Assembly: GCA_964016885.1 (NCBI GenBank)
Contig: OZ024748.1
Span: forward strand, 58,838,001 to 58,902,000
Length of the DNA stretch: 64,000 nucleotides
From: Eledone cirrhosa
Lineage: Eukaryota
Reading direction: 5' to 3'
The notes under the pieces are model-generated. The model saw only the letters and a program-made list of their open reading frames with translations. It searched no databases and was not told the DNA's origin. This document shows, piece after piece, positions 12,765-28,251 of this stretch (the first letter of the stretch is position 1; every line of letters starts with the position of its first letter). The translations under genes were made by a program, and so were the position numbers.

Positions 12765-13402
12765 GAGAGGGGGGGGGGAGGGGTGCTATATATTAGACAA
12801 TGTAATTAACTTGGTGTTAAGAAAAGTACATAGTGATACAAAATGGTGAATCAACTGCTAGAAATAGTAGCCAAATCTCATTCAAATCCAAAAATACAGG
12901 TAATGGTGGAGGTGGGGAGGGGGCTGTATATTAGACAATGTAATTAGCTTGGTGTTAAGAAAGGTACACAATGATACATGGTGAACACCCTGCTAAAAAT
13001 AGTAGCCAAATCTCCTTCAAATCCCAAAATACGGGTGAGGGTGGGGGTTATATATTGGACAATGTAATTAGATTGATGTTAAGAAATGCATAGTGATAAA
13101 ACATAGTCAATCAACTGCTAGAAATAGTAGCCAAGTCTTCTTCAAATTCAAAAATAAAGGTGGAGGTGTGGGGGGGGGGGTCAATATATATAAGACAATG
13201 TAATTAATTAGCTTAGTGTTAAGAAATGCATAGTGATAAAATGTGGTCAATCAACTGCTAGAAATAGTAGCCAAATCTTCAAATCCACAACTGTGGCAGG
13301 GGAAAGGGAGGGGGTCAATATATTAGACAATGTAATTAGATTGGTGTTAAGAAAGGTACACAGTGATAAAACGTGGTCAATCCCCAGCTAGAAATAGTAG
13401 CC
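12765..13402 (+). repeat. Diverged ~130-bp tandem repeat x5 with G-run spacers
   Basis: Core tattagacaatgtaatta..ttggtgttaagaaa..ctgctagaaatagtagccaa, separated by G-rich variable linkers. Confidence 0.85.
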
Positions 13403-13734
13403 GAAAACTTCATAGGCTGACCAAGATACTCTCATGGAATGACCAAATGAGGTTTATTTTTCAACATAGTCCTTCGAAAGAAACAATGCAGTTATTAATA
13501 AGAAGAATCGAAATTAATGCATGCAAGATTTAACATCAGCTCTAACATCAATCCTTCATAATCAACTTATGAACTTTTCAGCTGACCCTTGTATACCATG
13601 ATATTCCACACCATCATACCCTGACAATAAATTGAACCTAGTCTCATGAAAGATTAAACATAAAACACCATGGTCATGAATCTTGGGTAATGACCGAAAG
13701 AATACAATCATGAATACAAGCGGCCAAAATGGGA

Positions 13735-14765
13735 TTCCTCTCAAGGGTCTTTGGAGTAACGTTACTCCATAGAATGCATAGCTCAGAGATCAGAGAGTCA
13801 CTTCAAGTAGAGCCACTACTTCTCTGAATTGAGAAATCAGAGTTCCTATACTATGGACATGTGGTTAGAATGTCTCAGGAGATCAGAGAGTCACTCCAAG
13901 TAGAGCCACTACTTCTGCAAATTGAGAAATCATAGTTCCTATACTATGGACATGTGGTTAGAATGTCTCAGGAGATCAGAGAGTCACTCCAAGTAGAGTC
14001 ACTACTTCTCAGAATTGAGAAATCATAATTCCTATACTATGGACATGTGGTTAGAATGTCTCAGGAGATCAGAGAGTCACTTCAAGTAGAGCCACTACTT
14101 CTCAGAATTGAGAAATCATAGTTCCTATACTATGGACATGTGGTTAGAATGTCTCAGGAGATCAGAGAGTCACTTCAAGTAGAGCCACTACTTCTCAGAA
14201 TTGAGAAATCATAGTTCCTATACTATGGACATGTGGTTAGAATGTCTCAGGAGATCAGAGAGTCACTTCAAGTAGAGCCACTACTTCTCAGAATTGAGAA
14301 ATCATAGTTCCTATACTATGGACATGTGGTTAGAATGTCTCAGGAGATCAGAGAGTCACTTCAAGTAGAGCCACTACTTCTCAGAATTGAGAAATCATAG
14401 TTCCTATACTATGGACATGTGGTTAGAATGTCTCAGGAGATCAGAGAGTCACTTCAAGTAGAGCCACTACTTCTCAGAATTGAGAAATCATAGTTCCTAT
14501 ACTATGGACATGTGGTTAGAATGTCTCAGGAAAGAATTGATGGACAGATTTTATGGGCAAAACCAACCGGCAGGAGACCCATGGGTAGATCCCGAGTAAG
14601 ATGGTTAGATAACATCCATGAGCTTGGCTGGTCATGCTTGGGGATCCAGCCGGATCAGTTGGAGATGGTTGCTTCTGACAGGACATGCAGGAAGGAGTGT
14701 TTGAGGAGTCTGCCCTGACAACTATCTCAGGAATAAGTGGGCGAAGAAGAAGACACCATGATGAG
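13735..14765 (+). mobile_element. LINE ORF 3' fragment containing an 8-copy internal tandem amplification
   Basis: Translates ..EIRESLQVEPLLLRIEKS*FLYYGHVVRMSQE RIDGQILWAKPTGRRPMGRSRVRWLD... A related shorter fragment is at ~11475-11600. Confidence 0.8.
13786..14529 (+). repeat. 93-bp tandem repeat x8 derived from LINE coding sequence
   Basis: Units start at 13786, 13879, 13972 ... 14437 (gagatcagagagtcac...atgtctcag). Confidence 0.95.
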
Positions 14766-15440
14766 CCTGCGGGTAATTTGAACTCAACATCTATATGTTG
14801 GTTACCTAGTACCCTATCCTTTAAACCGTTTGACACCAGTGTTGTCAGTCAGTAGTGACTGTTAACTAATTCATTAATTCAATCACATTACCAGCCATGA
14901 CATGTAAAAATGATTTAGTGGTGGACAATGAGGGTTGCTAATCAAATTACTCAGCTGGACAGTAGCAGCAATCAATAAATCTGTTTCTTTTATATTCCAC
15001 TCTTCTCTATTTTAGATCATTTAAGGGAAAGGAAAACGATGACAGAAAGAATATTAACTCTTAACATCCTGTAATGATTTAGCAAAAAATGTCTAATATA
15101 TACTTCATTTTTGTATTTGTTTTGCAAGATTTCTTATCTGAAAGCATCTGTTGAAACAGATATTGTTATAATTTGGGAGAATCATGCTGCAAAAAGCAAA
15201 GGCAACTGTTGGTTTTCACTTCAATTTACTATAAATTTTCAGTTAATTATTTTAATAACTGGATGGTTGCTTATTTGTTTATTGTAAAAGCTCTTTCCTC
15301 ACACTTTCTGTGAGCTCCTTAGTGATTATTTTGTCATTTTGTGTCTCACCTTTGTTCTGTCCTATATATATATATATTTATCCTTATCGAGCCCTCTTTG
15401 GATTTTAGTCTTCAAAATTATTATTATTACTATATATATA

Positions 15441-15820
15441 TATTAGTAAAAGGAAAAGAAAATGCTGACAAATTTTTCCCAGTGAAAAATAGTTTAATTA
15501 GGAATAAGTATAAATTAGTAATAAGTATTGGTTAATATTCAGTTTTAGTTTTAAGTTTTTACCGGTTGCGCATTTCTAATGCTTTTCAAAAATAATTTTG
15601 AGATAGAGCGCTCGTGATGTTTTCAAAATTATTTTGGAAAAGCATTAGAAATGCGCAACCAGTAAAAACTTAAAACTAAAATTGAATACTAACCAATACT
15701 TATTACTAATTTATACTTATTCCTAATTAAACTATTTTTCACTGGGAAAAATTTGTCAGCATTTTCTTTTCCTTTTACTAATATATCACAACTCGTGTGT
15801 TACACCTCTATTCTTTTAAA
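15441..15820. mobile_element. Long fold-back element (~160-bp arms) in (TA)n
   Basis: 15441-15600 is inverted at 15622-15783 with few mismatches, followed by a short unique tail. GAAATGCGCA lies near the centre. Confidence 0.7.
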
Positions 15821-16136
15821 TATATATATATATATACTTTGTTTTGTCTGACTCTTTGTTGTACCCGCAGCATTACCAGATGATCCTGTAAGTGTACAGG
15901 TAAAACCCTAGAGTAATAAGACTTGCCATTTAGCCATAATAAAGAATATGGAACCATATGTAAGCAAAATGCAAAGCGCCAGCCTCTCTGCAAGGTTAAT
16001 GGGCCCACTTAAGTATAGACGCTATCTGTGAAAACTTGTCTAACCTTTGCTAGCAGCGAAATTGAACATTACATGATGATCATGATGATGTCCAAAAGCA
16101 TAGTGTTAAATCATAACTAATGATGTGTATACATAC

Positions 16137-16205
16137 TGAAGTAATGATCCAGTCATCTCCATACACAAAACAATGACGGCAGTAGATGTTATCTAACTCA
16201 GGAAA
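16137..16205 (-). CDS. B9D1: B9D1 coding exon 2
   Basis: ttcttttccAG acceptor, FPELDNIYCRHCFVYGDDWIITS, GTATGT donor. 69 nt. Matches FPEYDDLYCKYCFVYGQDW. Confidence 0.95.
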
Positions 16206-17764
16206 CTGGAAAAGAATGAAAATAATAATAATAATGGTTTCTTATATAGGCACAAGGCCAGCAATTTGGGGGAGGGGAAAGTCAATAAAATCGACCCCTG
16301 TGTGTGACTGGTACTTTATTTTATCGACCCTGTAAAGATGAAAGGCAAAGTTAACTTCGGCAGAATTTAAACTCAGACCATAAAGGACCGTAACTCTATG
16401 CTGCAAAGCATGGTGTCCGATACTGCCAATCCACAGTCCTCAATGAAAATAATAATAATGACAATAATAACAATAATTTACATGAAACTATATGTTGCTC
16501 AAGTACAGAAAATAACTACAATAACAGTCAGTTGCAATAAAATAGCTTATAAAATTATAAAAAATCAGGTAATGACAGTTGTAAGGATTTCCTTTGGTCT
16601 CAAATGACCATGGGAATTGCACCTAGAAATTTCCCCTCAGCGTCCCCGGTCGACAGAATAGAGAGACGGCATTCTGCTGGTGGATGGTGATACAAAAGTG
16701 CTGGAAGAGCCATTCCAGCTTGCAAGGCTCACACATGCAGGTACCCAACTCTGTGCCAATGTTGAACATTGAAACACAGATGTAGTTATCTAAACTATAA
16801 TAAAGTAAGGCGTGCGGGACTGCATACAGTTTATTTATTTTAATCCAGTTAATAAAATATGTTGGATTACTTTGAATAAATAATTAGTGAATATTACATA
16901 ATTTATCTACTAAATTTTGTGACTCTTGATTAGATATATTTTATTTCTTATTTAAAGATTCCCCTCTTTAAAATTTTCAAATGTCAACACTTCTGGTTAG
17001 CGATCATTCAAATATTTCCTTCACTAATTTTCTACTAATGCAGATTATATATAATAATGTCTTTTTTTAATGTATCATGGATTACGTTACTGATTACATA
17101 TGAGAGTGTAATGCAGTCTTCGTTTAATTTCTGTGTATATTGTCAATTACGATTTTATTTGATGTATGATATCTACATGCATATATACTTGCATATAATA
17201 TCAATATACACACTACACATGCTAGCAGAAAACTAGCCAAAGGATGGTTTTTCTGCTAGTTTGTAAAGTGGAGATGGAAACACAGATAATAATATCTGTT
17301 CCACTTAAGTTCATTTTTTCCACAAGTTCTGCACCACCACCATCTTCATACAATGACTCACCTTCCAAATTGTTTTATAATGAGATAACAGTAAAATGAG
17401 ATAAATCATCATCATCATCATCACCGTTTTACGTCCGTTCTTCCACGCTAGCATGGGTTAGACGGGTTGTCCTGTTGTGGGCAGTGTCTCGTCGGCTGAC
17501 CATGCCTTGCTCATACAGGAACTGATTCTGGCTTGATTTCTACAGCTGGATGCCCTTCCTAACACCAACCTCATTTACAATGAGTGCTGGGTGCTTTTTC
17601 GTGGCACCTACACATCCACTTTACAGTGTGGGCTGGGTGCTTTTTTGCCGTGGCACTTCCACGAACACCTTGCAGTGGGAGGGTGTGGGGGCATATTGTC
17701 TATATGCTTCAGCTTGTACCCATGGGAGGTCGGGTACTTTGTATTACTGTATGACGCCAGAGGT

Positions 17765-18069
17765 CACGGTCGTGTGTCATCTTGGGTCTCCCCACTCCGC
17801 GGTTTCCATCGACTTCTAGTGCTCTGCACCTTTTTATGCAGCTGTCATCCTTCATACGCATCACATGTCCATACCAGCGCAACCGCCTCTCCTGCACACA
17901 GCATTTGATTACTCTTATGCTCAGTCTCTCTCTCAATTCATTTATGCTTTGTCGTTCACTTATATTACTGTTACACATCCATCGGAGCATGCAGGCTTCG
18001 TTTCTCTCTAATCTACGTAAGTCTTCCACCTTCAGCGCCCAGGTCTCACTACCATGCCATATGATGATG

Positions 18070-18070
<1 letters not shown>
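17765..18070 (-). mobile_element. RTE LINE 3' fragment
   Basis: HGSETWALKVEDLRRLERNEACMLRWMC..RRLRWYGHVMRM..RGVGRPK, homologous to 37390-37660. Confidence 0.85.
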
Positions 18071-18118
<48 letters not shown>

Positions 18119-18830
18119 GGAGAACTCCCTACCGATGCGCTGAACGAGTGTGACTTTTTAGTCCAGCCAGCGACTTGAAAACTCTGGTACAAACACCACA
18201 CTTGTGACAATTATTGACACATAGTGCTGGGCCCATGGTACCATGTGATGACAAGTGCAGAGAGATCTCCAGATATAAAGCAATGCCTGTGCCGTGAAGC
18301 TTTTATAGTGAGCAAAGGCACTGCACAAATCCAGTCCCACTCTCTTAACCAAGATGATATTTACCAAAAAGAAGAACAAGTCAACATCATTGGATACCAT
18401 CAGGGTTGCAGGTGTTATATCAGAGTTTTTCTTCTCCTAGAATTCTGCCTTGACAAGGGCTAAGGGGTCATCTCTCCCGGTGATTTTGGATGGCCATTGA
18501 CTCTTAAGCGCTCCTTTGCCCTTTGACAGATTTTTAGTCCTGCAGGATGTGTAAAGTCACTCTCCTCACCAAGAAACCTTGGTGGGGTTGCCAGTTTAGT
18601 CGCCAACGACCCGACCAGGAGACAGGTTGTACTGGAATACATTACCAGTAGCACCAACTGGTGACCTGACATAATACATACATATATAAAGGCTAAGGGG
18701 TCATGTATATATTTATATATACATATACATATATACACATACATATATACACATACATACATACACATACATACATACACATACATACATACACATACAT
18801 ACATATATATACATATATATATATATATAT

Positions 18831-19031
18831 AGGAAAAAGTATGACCCCGACGGCAGAGCTCAACCCGTTTTGACGGCTATTTCTGGACTCATGAGTCCAG
18901 AAATAGCCATCAAAACGGCTTGAGCTCTGCCGTCGGGGTCATACTTTTTCCTATTTCCCACTCTACTACCCTAAGTATTTAGTATTCTGGTGCGTTATGG
19001 TCCATCTGGTTCCTTACCACAATTCCTTTGT

Positions 19032-19033
<2 letters not shown>
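18831..19033 (+). mobile_element. Palindromic mini-PLE (fold-back plus tail), family of the 1888 element
   Basis: 61-bp arms span 18831-18952, centred on TCA|TGA, followed by an ~80-nt tail. Flanked by (TA)n and (CA)n. Confidence 0.8.
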
Positions 19034-19079
<46 letters not shown>

Positions 19080-20106
19080 TATGTGTGTGTGTTTTTTTTT
19101 ATGTTTTCTCGTTTTGTTTTGTTTTGTTCTTGTTATTGTTCTTATACCAAGTTATACAAAGCTAAGACAAGATTTTTAATCAATGTGCATGAAAAAAAAA
19201 TAAAAGATAATTAGCAAATATCTTCTTTGCAAAACAACAATAACAACTACAGAAACAACAAAGGTTTGAAGATGTTCACCTCACATTAATCTGAATTAGC
19301 GATAGTTAAAGGTTATAGTTTAGACCAATCACCTAATCATATATTACTTCTGCCAGGCATTTCATAAAATAAACACAACAGACTAGAAATATAATAAAAT
19401 TGTACAAATTAAGCAATCACAGGAAACTTGGTGCAGTGGCTCAGTGATAAAGTCATCAACATTATTGTTGGAATGTAAACCTAAAATTCTTAACCACACA
19501 GCCATGCCAACACCTCAATAATTAGACATGCAAACATTCAGATATTACTTTAAAATAAAATAAAAGGCTAATGTGTTTTGGCATCATGAAACGTATCGAA
19601 CTTTTGCCAGCATTCATGCTTTGAAGCATGGAGTTACGGCCCTTGCCATTCTGAGTTCAAATCCCGCCAAGGTTAACTTTGCCTTTCATCCTTACGGGGT
19701 CGATAAAATAAAGTACCAGTAATACACTGGGTAATTGCTGGCCTTGTGCCTAACGTAGAAACAATTATAAAATGGACATGATGATGATGATGATGATGAT
19801 AGTTATGGTTATAGTGATGATGATGATGATATGGCATTAGATTACCAGTTAGACTGTAAGCAACATGAATAAACAATCTGTTGATGTGTAAACATAAAAT
19901 CTCCAGACTAATTCACCAGGCAGCAATGTTGTTCGTTTCTTTTCTTCTCTTGATGTTATATGTGTGTGTATATATATATATATATATCTGTTGTTTTATC
20001 TCTATATTATATACACATATATATATATATATATATTGCTGTTGTTTTATCTCTATATTATATACATATATATATATTGTTGTTGTTTTATATCTATATT
20101 ATATAC

Positions 20107-20137
<31 letters not shown>

Positions 20138-20140
20138 TAT

Positions 20141-20310
20141 AGGAAAAAGTATGAACCCTACGGCAGAGCTCAAGCCGTTTCGACGGCTATTTCTGGACTA
20201 AATTCTAATTTAGTCCAGAAATAGCCGTCGGGGTCATACTACTACCCTAAGTATTGAGTACTCTGGTGCGTTATGGTCCATCTGGTTCCTTACCACAATT
20301 CCTTTGTTAT
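20141..20310 (+). mobile_element. Palindromic mini-PLE, same family, internally deleted
   Basis: The fold-back centre is ctggactaaattctaatttagtccag. The right arm lost the segment between two GCCGTC repeats. Same tail, inserted in (TA)n. Confidence 0.8.
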
Positions 20311-20949
20311 ATATATATATATGGAGGCACATGGCTTAGTGGTTAGAGCATTGGCCTTGCAATCGAAAGGTTGTGAGTTCAATTCTCAGACTGGGTGATG
20401 TGTTGTTTCCTTGAGCAAGACACTTTATTCCACATTGCTCCAGTTTACTCAGCTGTAGAAATCAAGCCAGAATCAGTTCCTGTCCCACCCTTGCAAGCAG
20501 GGAAAAGTGGACGTAAAATGAAATGAATGAATATATATATATATATATATTGCTGTTGTTTTATCTCTATATAGTATACATATATATATATGTAATCATC
20601 ATTTCATCATCATTTCATTTTACGTTGGCTTTTTCCTGCTTGCAAGGGTGGGAAGGGAACTGATTCTGGCTTGATTTCTACAGTTGGATGCCCTTCCTAA
20701 CACCAACCTCATTTACAGTGAGTGCTGGGTGCTTTTTTGCCATGGCACCTCCACGACCACTTTGCAGTAGAATGATAGGGACCCCAGTCCCTATCATCTC
20801 ATTTCTACAGCTGAGTAAACTGGAGCAATGTGGAATAAAGTGTCTTGCTCAAGGAAACAACACATCACCCGGTCTGAGAATTGAACTTACAACCTTTTGA
20901 TTGCAAGGCCAATGCTCTAACCACTAAGCCATGTGCCTCCATGTAATAT

Positions 20950-21422
20950 ATTAATAAATGGAAACTATATTTATAAAACAAAATTTATTTTATTATACAT
21001 ATTTCAATGGCAACCAAGGCAAATTATGGTGCGCTTTCATCAGATAAAATACAGATTTGTTTTATAAATAAATAAATATTGACATTCCTGGAAAAAAAGA
21101 CAACCTTAACGGTTGGAGCTTCCTGGATAGTGGAGATAGTACATTTATTGAGGGTGGTACAAAGTTATGAGTGAGTATGCTAATGAGTGTCCGAAAGGTT
21201 GAAAAGATAACGGTTTATTTAAATTAAACTGTTGGAAGAAGGTGATATGTAAGGAGAGAGAAAAAAAGAAAAAAGAAAGGAGAAAGATAGAAGAGGAAAG
21301 AAAGAAACTAATCTGTTGAGTGAACTAATCTGTTGAGTGAACTAGACTGTTGAGTGCTTTATATCAGTTATAAAAATGTCTAAGCTTGTTGAATCCCAAC
21401 AAATTAAATATAACCTCTGCAT
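20950..21422. mobile_element. Non-coding PLE-type insert (inverted hammerhead segment plus 3' tail)
   Basis: Homologous blocks are shared with 34695-35397 (ccttaacggtt, ggatagtg, ctgttgagtgct..atcagttataaa..ccaacaaatt). It ends in (TA)n. Confidence 0.6.
20987..21050 (-). ncRNA. Type I hammerhead ribozyme, paralogue of 34710
   Basis: ATTTTAT-CTGATGA-aagc-GCACC..GGTTGC-catt-GAAAT-ATGT-ATA/ATAAAAT. Stem I is a perfect 7 bp. Confidence 0.75.
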
Positions 21423-21929
21423 ATGTATATATGTATGTATGTTGTTTTATTTAAATATATATATATATATTTATTTATTTATATAAATATTTAAATATAC
21501 ATTTATTTATATATATATATATATCATCATCATCATTATCTTCGTTTAAGATGATGATGATATATATATATATATATATATACATATATGTTGTTTTATT
21601 TAAATATATGCTAGCGTGGAAAATGGACGTTAAACGATGATGATGATGATATATATATTTATTTATTTATATAAATATCTAATTATACATTTATTTATAT
21701 ATATATATATATATTTTTTTTGTAACTAATGTCTATACAAATATTTAGATTTTATTCAGTATCAAAGTGTATAATATTCACTACAATTTTGAAGACTGTT
21801 TCAACATACTGCAAGGTATATCTTTGTCTCTCGTCTACATTAACCCTTGAGTTAGCATATTTCTATTGAAAGACACAACACAGCCTTTCATTTGGAAAAT
21901 AACCAATAATTTGAAAAGGTTTAATAGAT

Positions 21930-22195
21930 GGGCAGTGGATTGGCAGTATCGGTAGAGGGTCGGACACCATGGTAGGGCAGTGGATAGGCAGTATCGGTAG
22001 AGGGTCGGACACCATGGTAGGGCAGTGGATTGGCAGTATCGGTAGAGGGTCGGACACCATGGTAGGGCAGTGGATTGGCAGTATCGGTAGAGGGTCGGAC
22101 ACCATGGTAGGGCGGTGGATTGGCAGTATCGGTAGAGGGTCGGACACCATGGTAGGGCGGTGGATTGGCAGTATCGGTAGAGGGTCGGACACCAT
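21930..22195 (+). repeat. 45-bp tandem repeat x6 of a SINE head (A box)
   Basis: Unit gggcagtggattggcagtatcggtagagggtcggacaccatggta. The last unit continues into the SINE B box and body. Confidence 0.93.
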
Positions 22196-22291
22196 ACTTT
22201 GCAGCATAGTATTATGGTCTGGGTTCAAATCCCACCGAGGTTAACTTTGCCTTTCATCCTTACGGGGTCGATAAAATAAAGTACCGGTAAT

Positions 22292-22545
22292 CACCTTGAT
22301 TATCTTCACTGACCAGTCTGTCGGGTGCCGCTGGTCACAGCACGTCGTGCTGTTTCAGCCATAAGATAACGCCATACCACTGCCTGGGCGGGCAGGCCGG
22401 TACTCATTTTTACAGCTGAGTAAACTGGAGCAACGTGAAATAAAATGTCTTGCTCAAGGAATCAACACATCACCCGGTCCGAGAATTGAACTCACAGCCT
22501 TTCGATTACAAGCCCAATGCTCTAACCACTAAGCCATGTGCCTTT
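22292..22545 (-). mobile_element. Group B-headed SINE with a different tail, nested in a group A SINE
   Basis: Flanked by an 11-bp target-site duplication GTACCGGTAAT at 22281-22291 and 22546-22556. Confidence 0.85.
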
Positions 22546-23073
22546 GTACCGGTAATACACTGGAATAATTGCTGGCCTTGTGCCAAAAGTAGAAAAAATT
22601 ATTAAGCTGGGGCTTGGAACATAACTTGACAAAGTTTCCTATATAAAAGTACAGAGGAAGGTTTTTAGATAAACAAATAAACAGTTTAATTCAAAATATA
22701 TGGTGCAATGTTATAGTTGTATGTAAGATGGCAGTGTGACTTATCTACTGGTGTGACTTTTATACAGTGAAGGGCCAGTTTCAGGTGGTTTAGTATCAAA
22801 TAGGTCAACTAATCTGTAACCAGAATGACCAGAAACATATCTTTAAATTACTATTACCACAGAAAGTGCCAAACATTTTAACACTTTTGAAACCAAACTG
22901 CCTGAAACTGCCTCTGGTTCTGCAATACACAAATGTTTATTTTATCTAAAAACTTTCCATTATAATTTTATGTAAGAATCTCTGTTATGTTATGTTCCAA
23001 ACACCATTATGATATTGAGAAAGTTAGATACAGGACTAAATCCCTCCAAATTCTTTATTTTCAAAAAGATCAA

Positions 23074-23102
23074 ATCTCTCTCTCGTTCTCTCTCTTGCTT
23101 TT

Positions 23103-23155
<53 letters not shown>

Positions 23156-23328
23156 CATTCGCTCTCTCTCTCTCTCTTTCTCTTGCTCTCTCGCTCTCTC
23201 TCTCTCGCTCTCTTTCTCTCTCTTGTTCTCTTTCTCTCTCTCTCGCTCTCTTGTTCTCTTTCTCGCTCTCTTGTTCTCTCTCTCGCTCTCTTGTTCTTTC
23301 TCTCTATCATTCTCTCTCTCTCTTTCAT

Positions 23329-23360
<32 letters not shown>

Positions 23361-23500
23361 ATTCTCTCTCTCTCATTCTCTCATTCTCTCTCTCTTGCAC
23401 TCTCTCTCTCTCGCTCGCTCTGACTCTTGCTCTCTCTCTCTCACTTTCTCTCTCTCTCTCCCTCACTCTTGCTCACTCGTGTTCTCTCTCTCTCTCTCAC
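23074..23500. repeat. Degenerate (CT)n polypyrimidine tract
   Basis: Seen directly. Confidence 0.93.
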
Positions 23501-24018
23501 ACACATTAACACACTAACACACACACAGTATCAAGCAGTAAACATTTACAATTGCCACAGTGCATTGCTGGCTTTTATTCATCTAGTCTAAGTTGTTTGC
23601 CAATATAAATAGTTTTAAAGCAACAAACATATTCATACCCCCTCCTTTTCCACACAACCTTTTACAACAGCTTTACATATGTGAGTATGTATTACAGGTA
23701 GAGTTTTTCATTAATGAAATAGGGTAATAAAAAGGTTAAGAGTGTGTTTATTTTCATCTTTTTAGACATAAATTATTTTATAACAAATTCATTTAAACTA
23801 ACACAGGATGAATAAAACATGATTGTTAAAAAACATAATGTTTATATTTATATTTATGATTCTATTATAAAACAAACTGATGAATATTAAAAACATTTTT
23901 ATGAAATAAAAATAAATAAGCTGAACACTTAAATAAAAATGTTGTTGATGAAGTTATGAGATTTTTTATTATTGTTTTTTCTACTATATTTATTTTGTGT
24001 GTGTGAGAGAGAGAGAGA

Positions 24019-24062
<44 letters not shown>

Positions 24063-25804
24063 GGGTAGGGGGCCTTCTTGTCACAATATAAGCGTTTTAA
24101 CATTTTTGTTACCATATTTCTGATGAAGGACACCGTCTATGATTTTTATATAATCATGAAATAATCAAGTGTTTTGAGGGTTTTAATAATATATAATTAA
24201 TTTTATCATAATTTGTTGACTGACATCGGTGGAATTTTTACATTCTGAGTTCAAATTCCACCGAGGTTACCTTCACTTTTCATCCTTACAGGATCGATAA
24301 AATAAAGTACCAGTAACACACTAGGGTCGATTTAATCAACTTTCCTCTCCCCCAAAATTGTAATATACACTCTGTAAAGTGACATGAGTTATGAAGGCAA
24401 CCATACCAAAAATGAAATGTCTCAGCCAAATATAGTCCTTGACCTGTCTTAGTGTACAATAACTCCAATAATAACTAAATGAAAGTGATGAGGCGACCAA
24501 TTCATGTTGATGGTAGAAGTATAGCTTCATGATGTTGATGGAAATGGTTTTTGATTAACAAAGTGTTGTAGTTTGCTTGAAGCATTGTGGAATAAGAAAT
24601 ACAAATTTAACTAGAAAATAAGTTTAAATATTTAGAAGCTCGACAATGCCTGTGAGATTATAAGTGACAAGGTAATAGGAATTAGAGAAAATAGGGAAAA
24701 AAGACTGAGAAAAGAGTGAGAACATTAAAATTTTACCTTAGCAATATTATTGATCCCGAATACATTCGGATTTACCATCGATTATGAAGGGTATCCATGG
24801 GGAAGGGGCTTAGAGAGCAATCAGACAAGAGTAGTTGATGGCTGGTAGATTTAATACTAGGTTGAGTAATAATTCATTAGTGCTTTTTTGCCTAAGTGTT
24901 TCAGCCTGTGCATATTTAAATTTAAAAAAAAACGCTCTTGAATTATTACTCAACCTAATAGTTTATTTTGTTTTGTTTTTTATTAATATAAACAAAATGA
25001 GGTACGGTTTCAAATGGGTTAATTTGACAATTTGGTATAAACTACCCAATGGAAATTTCTTGAGTAATTAGACAGTGAGTGTGGGCAGAACACCAAGGCA
25101 CCTTGACAATTCTAGTTTTCTTTCTTCTTCCTTCAGTCAATCTTCAGAAATTCTTTGAAGCATTTCTGAATAGATCATTCTGTTTGATTTTTTCTTCCAT
25201 TCAGTTCACTAATTAAAACACCAATCACCTTCTTCAAAAGCAGATCCTAACCATATCAACAACCAACCCACACCTATTACTGGTATAGAGGGAGGGGGAG
25301 GACAACAGATGTTACAAAGCTGCAGCTGGTTTCTATATTACTTAACATATTCACCGACTTCAACATATTCATCCACATACAAAATTAAAAGTTTTCTTCT
25401 TATGTATGTATATATATATATTACATGCATGCATTGTCCCATATTAACATATGGCATTTTTTTTTTTAAACCTGTCTTTAAACGATCTTCTCTCCAGGTT
25501 TGAATACAGTAGATTTCTTCCAGAGAAGGATAGAGAGTGAGCGAATGGAAATGAGAAAGAGATATAGAGGAAGAATCGACTCCAGTGCTTGACTGGTACT
25601 TTCTTTATCAACGTCGAATGGATTAAAGGCAAAGTTAACCTTGGTGGAATTTGAACTCAGAGAGCTGAAACAAATGCCGCAAAGTAATCTATCTGAGGAT
25701 CTTACAGGCACACATAACTTGAAGTTGAGCTGTAAGTTGCACAAGAATTACACAACTGCGTAGGTGATCTAAGGTTGCCTAGAATGAGTGTCATGAGATA
25801 AGCT

Positions 25805-28251
<2,447 letters not shown>

